A model generated the notes under the pieces. It did not search any database, had not been told where the DNA came from, and was given only the letters and a program-made list of their open reading frames with translations. Below are positions 1 through 9,333 of a DNA stretch of 64,000 bases, piece after piece (position 1 is the stretch's first letter; each line of letters opens with the position of its first letter). The translations under genes were made by a program, and so were the position numbers. Source of the stretch: Paracoccus sp. (in: a-proteobacteria) (GTDB lineage Bacteria; Pseudomonadota; Alphaproteobacteria; Rhodobacterales; Rhodobacteraceae); contig JAUNTZ010000001.1 in NCBI GenBank assembly GCA_030538425.1, forward strand, positions 55,454 to 119,453. The letters run 5' to 3'.

Positions 1-1531
1 CAACGGCCAGAAACAGCGTATTCGTGCCGCCTTCGGCCATGTCGCTGCGCGCTTTGCGGTAAAGATCGGTCAGGCGGTTGGTCATCTCGCGTTGCGTCAG
101 AGGCACGGCGATCTGGCCCCGCGTCAGGGCGTCACGCGCCAGATCCATTTCGATCCGGCGCGCTTCGTCTGCGGACAGGTCGCGCCCGGACACCGCGTTT
201 TCATCCTTGAGCGCCAACAGGCGAAAGGTTTCGCCATCGGCCAGCCGGTCTTCGGTTCCCGAAATATCGGGACAGATCATAGCCAACCCGCCGCGCGTTT
301 CGCGAAAGTTCAGCAACCGGTTGCGCAGCGACAAATCCAGCAGCCTCCGCTGCCAGCGTTCGATGCGCCCCATGGCGGTTGTGGGGGTTTCATCGACCAG
401 CTCACCGGGCAACAGGCCCAAATCCAGAGGGCGGGGCAGTGCGGCGGGGGCGGCTGCGATGTCGCAGGCGGGGGCCGCGTCCTGAATGCGGTGGCTGGCC
501 AAGGGGCGGATGCGGGCCGCGCGGGCGCGGTTGATATCGACGGCCTGAATAAATTCGGCCTCGCGCGCCTCGGACAGACGGTCGCCGCCCGCCTGCACCG
601 CATGTTCAAAGCCAATGGCGGGGCGCTGCGTCAAAAGAGTGGTTTCAAGAGCGACGAATTCGCGTGCGACAAGGGCTTTGCGAACCTCGACCACATCGGG
701 TTCGACCAGGCGGCCAAAGTCCTTTTTGATCAGCCAGACGCCGACCCATGCGTGACCATGCGAAAACAGAACGGCGGTGTTCAGACCCGCAGCCTCATAG
801 GCTGCCGCCAGCAGAAGCGTGCTGTCGAGGCAGGTCGCCAACCCTTCGGAGGCGATGCGTTCGGGGTCGCGGATCTTCTGCCCGATCCGTTCAAAGGATG
901 CCGGAGGCACGGCATAGGTCAGGCCAAGGCCGGTCGCCGCCGACCAGATCGCGCCCGCCAGCATCCAGACCCGCAGCGGGTCCCCGGATTGATAGCCATC
1001 CAATGATCCCGAATACCCCGCCGCTTCCAACAAGCGCGCCGCATCCTTGAGGATACGTGCAACGAAGGGTTGGTTGGGTGAAACAAAGGCCGCCAGGATA
1101 TTGTCCATCTCAGCCAGCCCGCCCCATTCATCGCGGGCCAGCAATTCGATCCGGTGACTGGAGGTGAGATCCTCGGCGCCCTTGACCGATAGCCGGAACT
1201 GGATCTGCCCGATCTCGGCCTCATCCAGCCCACTCAGAAGCGCAGTGTCGAGCACGGTTTCCAGATCACCCAGTTGCTGGGTGGCACCCGCCGCAATGCG
1301 GTCGATCACCCAGGTCTTTTCCCGAAAGATGGCCGGGTTGGCTGACAATGTCAGTCGTATGTTCTCGGCAGGCTCTGCTCCGACATTCTCGATCGCCAGG
1401 CCTTTGATGACTGCCACCCCGTTCTGCGCCGAGGCAAAGTTGACCTTGGTGGCAAGCGTCGGGTGGAGGACCAGCGTGGCCTTCTCCTCAGCGGCAACCG
1501 AGGGCGCGATAAGCGGGGCATCATCCTGCAT
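1..1531 (-). CDS. DUF4011/DUF3320-type large helicase-nuclease protein, N-terminal ~510 aa (runs off window)
   Basis: Not in the ORF track because it has no stop in the window. My translation from ATG 1531: MQDDAPLIAPSV...PPASFERIGQKIR...ATCLDSTLL...GHAWVGVWL...RIERWQRRLLDLSLRNRLLNF...AEGGTNTLFLAV. WQRRLLDLSLRNRLLNF is the typical start of DUF4011. Confidence 0.8.
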   Translation of the reverse strand, partial: MQDDAPLIAPSVAAEEKATLVLHPTLATKVNFASAQNGVAVIKGLAIENVGAEPAENIRLTLSANPAIFREKTWVIDRIAAGATQQLGDLETVLDTALLSGLDEAEIGQIQFRLSVKGAEDLTSSHRIELLARDEWGGLAEMDNILAAFVSPNQPFVARILKDAARLLEAAGYSGSLDGYQSGDPLRVWMLAGAIWSAATGLGLTYAVPPASFERIGQKIRDPERIASEGLATCLDSTLLLAAAYEAAGLNTAVLFSHGHAWVGVWLIKKDFGRLVEPDVVEVRKALVAREFVALETTLLTQRPAIGFEHAVQAGGDRLSEAREAEFIQAVDINRARAARIRPLASHRIQDAAPACDIAAAPAALPRPLDLGLLPGELVDETPTTAMGRIERWQRRLLDLSLRNRLLNFRETRGGLAMICPDISGTEDRLADGETFRLLALKDENAVSGRDLSADEARRIEMDLARDALTRGQIAVPLTQREMTNRLTDLYRKARSDMAEGGTNTLFLAV

Positions 1532-1539
1532 GGTTTGTT

Positions 1540-2365
1540 CTTTCGTGGCGGTGACAATTCGATGATATTGGCGCCCGGACAGGCGGTCAGGGCGATTTTG
1601 CATAAATGACGGTGACGGGTCAGATAGATGACCTGACCGACCCGGGACATCTCCTCCAGCAGCACGAATGCTGCGGGCAAGCGGTCGTTGTCGAAGGTCT
1701 CCATGATGTCGTCAGCGATGACGGGCAGGGTCGGGCGGCTTTGGGCCGGTTCGTGATAGCCCGCGATGCGCAACGCCAGATAAAGCTGGAACCGCGTGCC
1801 CTTCGACAGATCGGCGGCGAGTTCGGCGCCGCCATGCGCGGGCAGGACCACCAGAACCTCCTGCGCGCCATCGGGCTGCGCGGCAAGGCCCGAATAGGCG
1901 CCCCGGCTGAGCTGGCTGAACGCATCCGAGGCGCGGGCCAGCATGGCGCTGCGATGCCGGTCGCGATAGCGCCTGAGACCGACGTCGAAGGCCAGCAGGC
2001 CAAAGCGCGAGGCGAGAAGGGCATTGGCGCGTTCACGGGCCTCCAGCAGCAGGTTCGCGCGTTCGGCGGCAAGATGGGCCAGCGCATCATGGTTGCCACG
2101 AATGATGAAGCAGCGGGTGCCAGCCGCATTCAGTCGCAGCAATTCCTGTTTCAGAAACCGCGGCGTCGTGGCCGCGCTATGCGAACCATCCGACAGATCG
2201 TCGGTGATCAGCAAAAAAGCGACGGCCTCTTCGATGCACAGATCCACGATCCGGGCAAAGGCGGTCAGCGATGCTGCACTGACCGCCTGAGCCGGATCAC
2301 GCAGGGCAGTCGTGGTCAGCGGCGCATCAAAATGCAAATCAGCATTGTGGATAAAGCGAAAACTC
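1540..2365 (-). pseudogene. Deletion fusion of a YhaO/SbcD-like metallophosphoesterase N-terminus to a YhaN/SbcC-like ATPase C-terminus
   Basis: FRFIHNADLH...RGNHDA (phosphoesterase motifs) joined in frame to LSKGTRFQLYLALR...IADDIMETFD...QVIYLT (ABC signature, Walker B, D-loop); ORF 1351..2397 reads through into the next gene. Confidence 0.75.
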
Positions 2366-2632
2366 AAGATAAGCTGCCCATGTACCGATCGGTCCATCGA
2401 CTATGAGATGGGTTGAGCGGTCCGACAAGTATCTTTTAGTTTGAATTTAAAAGAAGAACTGCGACGAAGACGTTGCCGCGCCTGCCCAATCAAAGGCCAA
2501 CGAAGCACTGTGGCAAGCTGCACCAGCGGGCTTTAGGAAAAAACGGCCATCCATCAGCAGAAACACGTGGCATAGGCATCACAAACAGTCAGTGCGTGCC
2601 GATGGGCCCGCAGGGCAAAACCAGCCACGTAT

Positions 2633-2884
2633 TTGCAGCTCAATAATGGCGCTTCGGTCCTTGAAGCCTGCGCCATCGACGCGGAAGATCCGATGCCCGA
2701 CGATCTCAGGGAATTTGCTGTAGAAGTCTTCCGGGGACATGTCCGGCCTCCTGTATCACGCGGTGCGCCGCCGGTGCCTCTGGGCCGCAATGTGCTGATC
2801 CATGGGCTGCTGCTTGATGTCGTGGCCTTCTTTTGTGTGATCCCAACGCGCAACAAGGGCGCGGCCACTGGAGACAGCGCCTGA
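2633..2884 (+). CDS. Short hypothetical protein or gene fragment
   Basis: 83-aa ORF with protein-like composition inside the island; no recognisable motif. Confidence 0.25.
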   Translation: MQLNNGASVLEACAIDAEDPMPDDLREFAVEVFRGHVRPPVSRGAPPVPLGRNVLIHGLLLDVVAFFCVIPTRNKGAATGDSA

Positions 2885-3298
2885 GATATCGTAGCCGAAG
2901 CGACGCCGCGTGAAGCAGGGCGACCGAAAAGCTACAGCCAGGTCGAGGTGATCTGGCTTCAGGGCCAGCGAGAGGATCGAGACGCGGAAGACGACCTTGC
3001 AGACCGATATTCACCGGGAAGCGGTTGACTGGCACTGCAGATAAATAACCTCTCGCAGGTCCCATCGTGATTTCAGCCTGGCGTCGATCCGGTTGGGATG
3101 CATTCAGGCCTTGTCTGACCATTGCTGGGGCCTCGACTGTCTTGGACTCATATTCCAGCTCTCGCTGCCTGATCGCGACGGCGCACCCGGCAGGCCATCG
3201 TCCCTGACTAAATCTGGTCTCTTTGTCGAGGGGTGACCGGAGCCTGCGTTCTCCAGAATTTTCCGCCTTGTTTCAAAAGCGTAAGAAGGACGCCGCAG

Positions 3299-3481
3299 AT
3301 GGCCGAGGAAATACTGAGACTGCCGCCATGATCGGCATGCGGCGCAGCTGGAGCTATCACGCCATGGCGGAAGGACGATTTCCGGTTCCGCTGCGGCTCG
3401 GTCAGCGTGCGGTCGGGTGGAGGTCGTCCGAGATCGAGGCCTTGGATCGAGACGTGCAAGTGCCGCGAGCCGCGCAGATGA
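3299..3481 (+). pseudogene. AlpA family phage regulatory protein (frameshifted)
   Basis: MAEEILRLP from ATG 3299, then a frame change to IGMRRSWSYHAMAEGRFPVPLRLGQRAVGWRSSEI, the classic AlpA pattern. Confidence 0.8.
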
Positions 3482-4392
3482 CATGGGACAAGACCGGACA
3501 GCGCGCGGATCGGGGTCCCTATGTCAACCTTGCCGCCCTGCGCTGTGCCGAAAGCCTCGGGACGTCAGGCAACAGCCTGTCGCGCACCTTGCTGCTGTTT
3601 CCGGCGCGCCGCGCCGATGATTTTGGCTGCTGTTGGTGTCGCCAGACCGTTCTGGCGAGCGAGATCGGCTGCAGCGACAGGGCGATGCGCAAGCATCTCG
3701 GGGTGTTGATCTTGGCCGGGCTGTTGCGCAAGATCAAGCGCGGTCGCAACGGCGTCCAGATCAGCAATATGTACCAGCTGATCGCCTGGCCGGGACGTTT
3801 GCCGATCTCGGAGCGGGGGCATCCGGCCCTCCGCCGCTCGGTCTGCGAGGATCCCTTGGTTCGTTTGATCCAGATGCGCAACCGGCACGGGGTTCCGGTC
3901 GTGGCAGAACCGGATTCCGACCGGAACCAATCATATGAAAAAATCACGACGACCGATGCTGGAGAAGACGCTCTCGTGCTTGAACGATGCCTGTTGGCTC
4001 TCGGGCCTTGCGCAACAGAATGCAATTGCAGATCGCTGAGGCAGGCGCCTGCGACGCTGCTCGGCCTTCTGGCGATTGGATAGGATCTGGATCGCCATCT
4101 GATCCCCACCTTGCGGGCAATGTCCCGAAGCGGACGGATCGTGCCGGATCTCAACAGCGGCAGCTATTTCCGGGGCCCGGTCGAATATCACAGAGGCAGC
4201 AGGTGCCGATGCCGGATCCGGGCGCGGAATCATCCGGCACCGCAGCAGAGCCGGTTGCGCCTCCACTCTCTGGCAGGCGGGACCGGATTCTGGGCGGAGA
4301 ACTGGATGGCTGTGCCAAGAGTGCGCGCCGGGATGGCGCATTCGACAACCACCACACTGAGCCGACCCGACCTTCCGAAAGCGCTGAAATGA
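3478..4392 (+). pseudogene. Helix-turn-helix (replication-initiator-like) protein with internal stop
   Basis: LLLFPARRADDFGCCWCRQTVLASEIGCSDRAMRKHLGVL...SNMYQL resembles phage/plasmid wHTH replication proteins; TAG at 4081-4083 with the frame continuing (DLDRHLIPTLRAMS...). Confidence 0.6.
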
Positions 4393-4520
4393 CCCGCTTT
4401 CTGCGCACGCTTCGCAAATGTATCAAGCCGGTCGCGGGGGAGGAATGGTGAGCATCCTGTCCTTGAAACGACTGCCGGGGATGGCGGCGGCTTCGCCGGG
4501 CAAGATTACCCCCACGGCCT

Positions 4521-4625
4521 GATTCCTCCGGAAAAGCTATGCCATGCGGGGGGCAAAGGCGCCGCAACTCTCTAGCGTCAAAGGGAAATTCTGGATTCGT
4601 ATCCGGATGCGCAGTTTTGGATTCG
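4521..4625 (+). other. Possible cos-like packaging site
   Basis: GATTCCT at 4521, TGCGG-[GGGGCAAAGGCG]-CCGCA at 4545-4566 (inverted repeat around 12 nt), TGGATTCG direct repeats at 4592 and 4618. Confidence 0.35.
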
Positions 4626-4917
4626 CGGTGTTCGCACCTGCTCTGCCGCGGTCCCGATCCGCTGGCAAGGGGCTGTGAGATCCGCAGCCCGCATCCTCGC
4701 GGGAAGCCGCAATGACACGCGCGGGCCCCAATCCGGTATCGCCCCTAAAGCTGACGCCTGCAGAGCGGAGCGCCGAACTCCGCTCCATCCTGGCGGCCGG
4801 TCTGCTCCGCGTGCGGATGCGAGAAAAGTGTTCCGAAACAACATGAAGAGCAGAGATTTCGACTACATATCCGGCGCAAGGCAAGCGGTAGTGTCAAAAA
4901 TGTCCCGAGAAGTTTCG

Positions 4918-5333
4918 ATGACCATGACCGACCTGATCCCCGCGCGCCTGGCCGCGCTCAAGACCACGCGACGTCCGATCTGAAGCAGCAGTGGCGCTAC
5001 CTTGGATCCCGCCTGGCTTATCGCATCCAGGAACTCGCCTATGGCGGGCTGAAGCCTGAGACGGTCCGGCGGCTGGAACGGCTGGGCGAGGAACCGGACG
5101 GCGGCGACAAGAAGAAGCGCAGCATCCGTGCCGACCAAGACCGCCCAATCACGGGCACGCGCCTCCTGCGCGGATGGCAGGGCGTCGAACAGATCGTCAC
5201 CGTCGCTGCCGGCGGCTTCAAGTGGCAAGGGCGGTCCTACAAGTCGCTGTCCGCCATTGCCCGCGCCATCACCGGCACGCGATGAAACGGCTGGGTGTTC
5301 TTCGAGCTCAAGAACCACAGGGTGCGGACATGA
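4918..5333 (+). pseudogene. DUF2924 domain protein (stops and frameshift)
   Basis: SRLAYRIQELAYGGL...PITGTRLLRGWQG...YKSLSAIARAITGTR*NGWVFF; directly upstream of the serine recombinase, as usual for this family. Confidence 0.8.
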
Positions 5334-6575
5334 CGAAGCCGCTCGACAAACCGAAGGTCGTCCGCAAGCTGCGGTGCGCGATCTACACCCGAAAATCCCC
5401 TGAGGAAGGGCTGGAGCAGGAGTTCAACTCGCTCCACGCCCAGCGTGAGGCCTGCGAGTCGTTCATCGCCAGCCAGCGCTCCGAGGGCTGGGTGCTGGTC
5501 CGCGATCAGTATGACGACGGCGGCATTTCCGGCGGCACGCTGGAACGCCCCGGTCTGCGGCGGCTGATCGACGAAATCGAAAATGGGCTGGTCGACGTCG
5601 TCGTGGTCTACAAGATCGACCGCTTGTCACGCTCGCTCGCCGACTTCGCCAAGCTGGTCGAGGTATTCGATTGCAACGGCGTGACGTTCGTTTCGGTCAC
5701 GCAGTCCTTCAACACGACCACGTCGATGGGACGGCTAATGCTGAACATCCTACTCTCGTTCGCGCAGTTCGAGCGCGAGGTGACTGCCGAGCGCATCCGC
5801 GACAAGGGCGCCGCCAGTCGGAGGAAGGGCATGTGGATGAGCGGGGTGCCGCCGGACGGCTAGCGCGTCGAGAGCGGGAAGCTGCTGGTTGACGAAACCA
5901 CCGCGGCACATGTGCGCTGGATATTCACCCGCTTCATCTAGATTGGCTCCTGCACGTTGCGGGCCTGCGAGGTCGGCGGGCGCGGCCTCTGCACGCCAGG
6001 CGGCAACCGGATCGACAAGAAGTACCTCTACCGGATGCTGAACAACCGCGCCTACGTCGGTAAGGTGGTCCACAAGGGTGGGAGCTATCCCTGCGAGCAC
6101 GACGCCATCATCGACCGCGAGACATGGGACCGTGTCCACGCCATCCTGCAGGAGAGCCCGCGCAAGCGCGCGCCAACACGCCCTAAAGGGCGGGAGGCTG
6201 TACCGGTACTATGTCAGCAAGACGGTGCAAAAGCATGGCGCCGGATCTTGCACGGTCGGCCGCGTGCCTGCGGGCGAGATTGAAGCCGCCGTCATCGACC
6301 AGCTGCGCGCCGTGTTCCGCCAGCCGGAGATCGCTGCGGGCAGGCGGAAGGCGGCGCGCTACGAGGCGGAGGACATTACCGAAGTCGACGCTTGCGGGGC
6401 CCTGCAGTAGCTCGACCGACTGTGGTACGAACTCTTCCCTGCCGAGCAACACCACATCATGGCGCTGTTGGTCGAGCGGGTGGACATCGGCAGGGGTGAA
6501 CGTACGGCTGCGCATCGACGGACAGAGCGGTCTCGCACGCGAACTACTAGCCGGAAAAAGGGAGCGGCTGCATGA
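5330..6575 (+). pseudogene. Large serine recombinase (recombinase family), inactivated
   Basis: RCAIYTRKS...YDDGGISGGTLERPGL...VYKIDRLSRSL; in-frame stops at 5861 and 5939, further frameshifts; downstream LYRMLNNRAYVG and YRYYVS segments still recognisable. Confidence 0.9.
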
Positions 6576-6964
6576 CCCGCGGCACCCCGATTTCCGAAAC
6601 CGTGACGCTCAACGTTCCGTTCCGCATCGTGAGGCGCGGCGGACGGAAGCAGATGCAGACGCCCGAGGGCTCAGCGCGGCCGCGCAAGATCGATAGCGCG
6701 CTGGTCAAGGCTCTTGCCCGCGCTTTCCGCTGGAAGCGCATGCTGGAGTCGGGCGAGTATGCCACAATCGCTGACTTGGCGGATCGCGAGGGGAACGCAT
6801 CTTCCTACATGGCCTGCGTTCTCCGGTTTACCCTGATCGCCACCAATTTCGTAGAGGCGATCCTAGACGGGAGGCAGGGGCCGGCGGTGACATTGGCGCG
6901 CGTGCTGGAACCGATCCCTACCGATTGGGCGGAACAACCTACAAACCTAGGTGCCGATCTCTAG
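6572..6964 (+). CDS. Conserved hypothetical protein of serine recombinase modules
   Basis: VPFRIVRRGGRK...LVKALARAFRWKRMLESGEYATIADLA; ATGA overlap with the recombinase end. Confidence 0.75.
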   Translation: MTRGTPISETVTLNVPFRIVRRGGRKQMQTPEGSARPRKIDSALVKALARAFRWKRMLESGEYATIADLADREGNASSYMACVLRFTLIATNFVEAILDGRQGPAVTLARVLEPIPTDWAEQPTNLGADL

Positions 6965-7133
6965 GCGGGGTCTCACTAGCGGCGTCTCGTGGAACCAGGT
7001 CCTGACCCGACACCTCGATCCATGCTCGGCACCCTTCCCAAACCTTCTACTGCGAGCCCAAGGCTGCCGGACCGCTCAGATCTGCAGCACGGGCCATTGG
7101 CACCTCAAAGATCAGCAGACTATTTTCAGCATG

Positions 7134-7162
7134 TTACAACATATCCGATTTGTTGCTATATA
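7134..7162 (+). promoter_or_regulatory. Putative sigma70 promoter with overlapping inverted repeat
   Basis: TTACAA-N17-TATATA ending 6 nt before ATG 7169; CAACA-N9-TGTTG at 7137-7155. Confidence 0.45.
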
Positions 7163-7168
7163 AGCCAA

Positions 7169-7390
7169 ATGAAGGACAAGCGAGAGAACTTTGTGAGGCT
7201 GGCGGAGGCCCGGGTGAACCGGGCCCTCAAGGACATCCGACTGATCGGTAACCTGTCGAACAAATCGGCCTACAGCTACACCGAAGAGGACGTGAAGAAG
7301 ATGTTTCGCGCCTTGCAGCGCGAGACTGAGTTTGCTCGGTCGAAGTTTGGCGATGGAGACAGCAGCGGGTCCGGAGTTTTCAAGCTCTAG
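7169..7390 (+). CDS. Small 73-aa helical protein heading the cargo operon
   Basis: MKDKRENFVRLAEARVNRALKDIRLIGNLSNKSAYSYTEEDVKKMF...; amphipathic helices; upstream part of ORF 6989 looks non-coding. Confidence 0.8.
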   Translation: MKDKRENFVRLAEARVNRALKDIRLIGNLSNKSAYSYTEEDVKKMFRALQRETEFARSKFGDGDSSGSGVFKL

Positions 7391-7431
7391 GCGCCGTTTG
7401 CACAGGGCAGCAAAATGGAGATTTAGCGGCG

Positions 7432-9333
7432 ATGGTTGAACCAGTTCTTAGATTCTTGGCCAACGAGGCTGGCGAGAAGGAGGGGCTCGGCGATGCCGGA
7501 ATTGAAACCTTTCGAGACGCGCCCTATGCCAGCTGCGCTAGGGAGGCCGGGCAAAATAGCCGTGACGCCACAACAGGATTGTCTAGGCATCCCGTTAGAA
7601 TGTCGTTCAATGTTTTCGATCTCGACCACGCAAACTTTCCTTCCCATGACATTCTGAAAAGCACGATTGCTGCTTGCAGGGCCGAGGCCAAACAAGACCG
7701 GGAAAAGGAATTTTTTGCGAACGCGTCCAAAGTGATCGGCGCGGATAGGATAACCGTGCTCGAAATCGCCGATCGCAGCACTACCGGCCTCGTTGGCCCA
7801 CCTGACGTGGAAGAAACGCCTTTTCATTCACTCGTCAAGGCCTCGGGCGTGACGGCCAAGGATACTGTCGACTCCGGCGGCTCCTTCGGCATCGGCAAGA
7901 ATGCGTCCTTTGCCGTATCCGACCTCCAGACCGTGTTTTACGCTACGACTTACAAGAACGGAGAGAGCGAAGCTTTTGCCGCTCAAGGCAAGGTGAAGCT
8001 GGTTTCGCATACAGACCCGGACGGCAGGAAGCTGAGGGCGACGGGCTATTGGGGGGATCCCGAGGGGTTCCGGGCTGTGACTGACCGAGCGCTAGTGCCA
8101 GAATGGATGGCGCGTACCGAAATCGGCACTTCGATCTTCTGCATGGGCTTCCGGGCGGCTGGCGACTGGGCTGAGCGCATGACCTATTCGCTCGTCTCGA
8201 ACTTCTTCGGCGCCGTTCACCGCGAACAGATGGTATTTGAGGTAGACGACGGGAGGTTTAACATCAACCGCAACACGCTCGAGGGGCTGTTCGCGAAGCA
8301 AGACATCATCGAGGCCGCAGAACGCACGGGGCATCAGGCCGATCTGACCTTTGCAGGGCAGCTCTATCGTTGCCTCGTTTCGGATAATGCGGAAGAGCAG
8401 GTCCTCACGATCCCAAAGCTTGGTAAGATGCGGGTCCGAGTGCTGATCGAAGAGGGAATGCCCTGCCGCGTTGGCTTCATCCGAAACGGGATGCTGATCA
8501 CGGACAACCTTCGGCACTTCGGGCATCCTCTGGCACAGTTTCGCGGATCGCGCGACTTCGTCGTGGTCGTGGAACCGGATGACACTGAAGCTGGCGTTCT
8601 TTTGAAGAAGCTTGAGAACCCAGCACATGACGGCTTCTCCGCCGAAAGGCTGCCCGACGCCGGCAAGCGAGCAGACGCTTCATCGGCCATGAAGCGTCTC
8701 GGCAAAGAACTTAGGGAGATCATCAGGGCAACCACGGGCGTCAAGCATGAAGGCTCCGTCGTCCTGGACGAACTGGGCCGTTTTTTCGCCGACACCGGCA
8801 AGGCCTACACACCCGACGATCCGAACGCCGAGCATGATCCCGAGCGGTATACCTACGAGTCCAAAAGACGAAAATCGAAGTCTCGAAAGGCTCCGAGCCC
8901 TGCCGGAGGCGAGCAGGGCGGTCGGAGCCAGACCGGGACGGGTTCTGGCGGTAAAGGTGGAGGCAGCGGCTCCGGAACCGGTGAGGGCACACGCGACCGT
9001 GGCACAACTGGAGATCGGGAGCCGGTTGTTCTCCGCGAGGTACGTAACCTTATCCGTTCAGACAGTTCCGGAGCAGCCACATCCCGTGAGCTTCACTTCA
9101 CGCCGGAAGCCTCAGGACTGATTGAATTGATGGTCCAAGCCACGGGGGTGAACGCGCCTGAGGGCCTAAACGTGACGGCTGCAGACGCGGGCACCCCGGG
9201 TTCTGGGGTGCTCATTGTTGACGTCAAGGACGGCGAACGCTGCAAGGTGACAGTTTCGTTCGATGAACCATACGATGGCCCGATCGAATTGATCGCCGTG
9301 AGCCGCGCAGAAGCCGAGGAGACGCCGGCATGA
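7432..9333 (+). CDS. 633-aa protein with N-terminal GHKL (HATPase/MORC-like) ATPase motifs
   Basis: REAGQNSRDA (N box), LEIADRSTTGL (G1), SGGSFGIGK (G2), GTSIF (late motif); Gly-rich linker near the C-terminus; GGAG upstream. Confidence 0.8.
   Translation: MVEPVLRFLANEAGEKEGLGDAGIETFRDAPYASCAREAGQNSRDATTGLSRHPVRMSFNVFDLDHANFPSHDILKSTIAACRAEAKQDREKEFFANASKVIGADRITVLEIADRSTTGLVGPPDVEETPFHSLVKASGVTAKDTVDSGGSFGIGKNASFAVSDLQTVFYATTYKNGESEAFAAQGKVKLVSHTDPDGRKLRATGYWGDPEGFRAVTDRALVPEWMARTEIGTSIFCMGFRAAGDWAERMTYSLVSNFFGAVHREQMVFEVDDGRFNINRNTLEGLFAKQDIIEAAERTGHQADLTFAGQLYRCLVSDNAEEQVLTIPKLGKMRVRVLIEEGMPCRVGFIRNGMLITDNLRHFGHPLAQFRGSRDFVVVVEPDDTEAGVLLKKLENPAHDGFSAERLPDAGKRADASSAMKRLGKELREIIRATTGVKHEGSVVLDELGRFFADTGKAYTPDDPNAEHDPERYTYESKRRKSKSRKAPSPAGGEQGGRSQTGTGSGGKGGGSGSGTGEGTRDRGTTGDREPVVLREVRNLIRSDSSGAATSRELHFTPEASGLIELMVQATGVNAPEGLNVTAADAGTPGSGVLIVDVKDGERCKVTVSFDEPYDGPIELIAVSRAEAEETPA

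Noticed and set aside
78-1565. Plus-strand ORFs 78..485, 92..1006, 748..1050, 1164..1565
   Set aside because: Shadows of the real minus-strand DUF4011 gene
3223-4083. 286-aa ORF as a genuine AlpA-replication fusion protein
   Set aside because: Explained by frameshift and stop-loss in two adjacent decayed genes
6989-7168. N-terminal 60 aa of the 133-aa ORF
   Set aside because: Overlaps promoter-like DNA; protein-like sequence starts at ATG 7169
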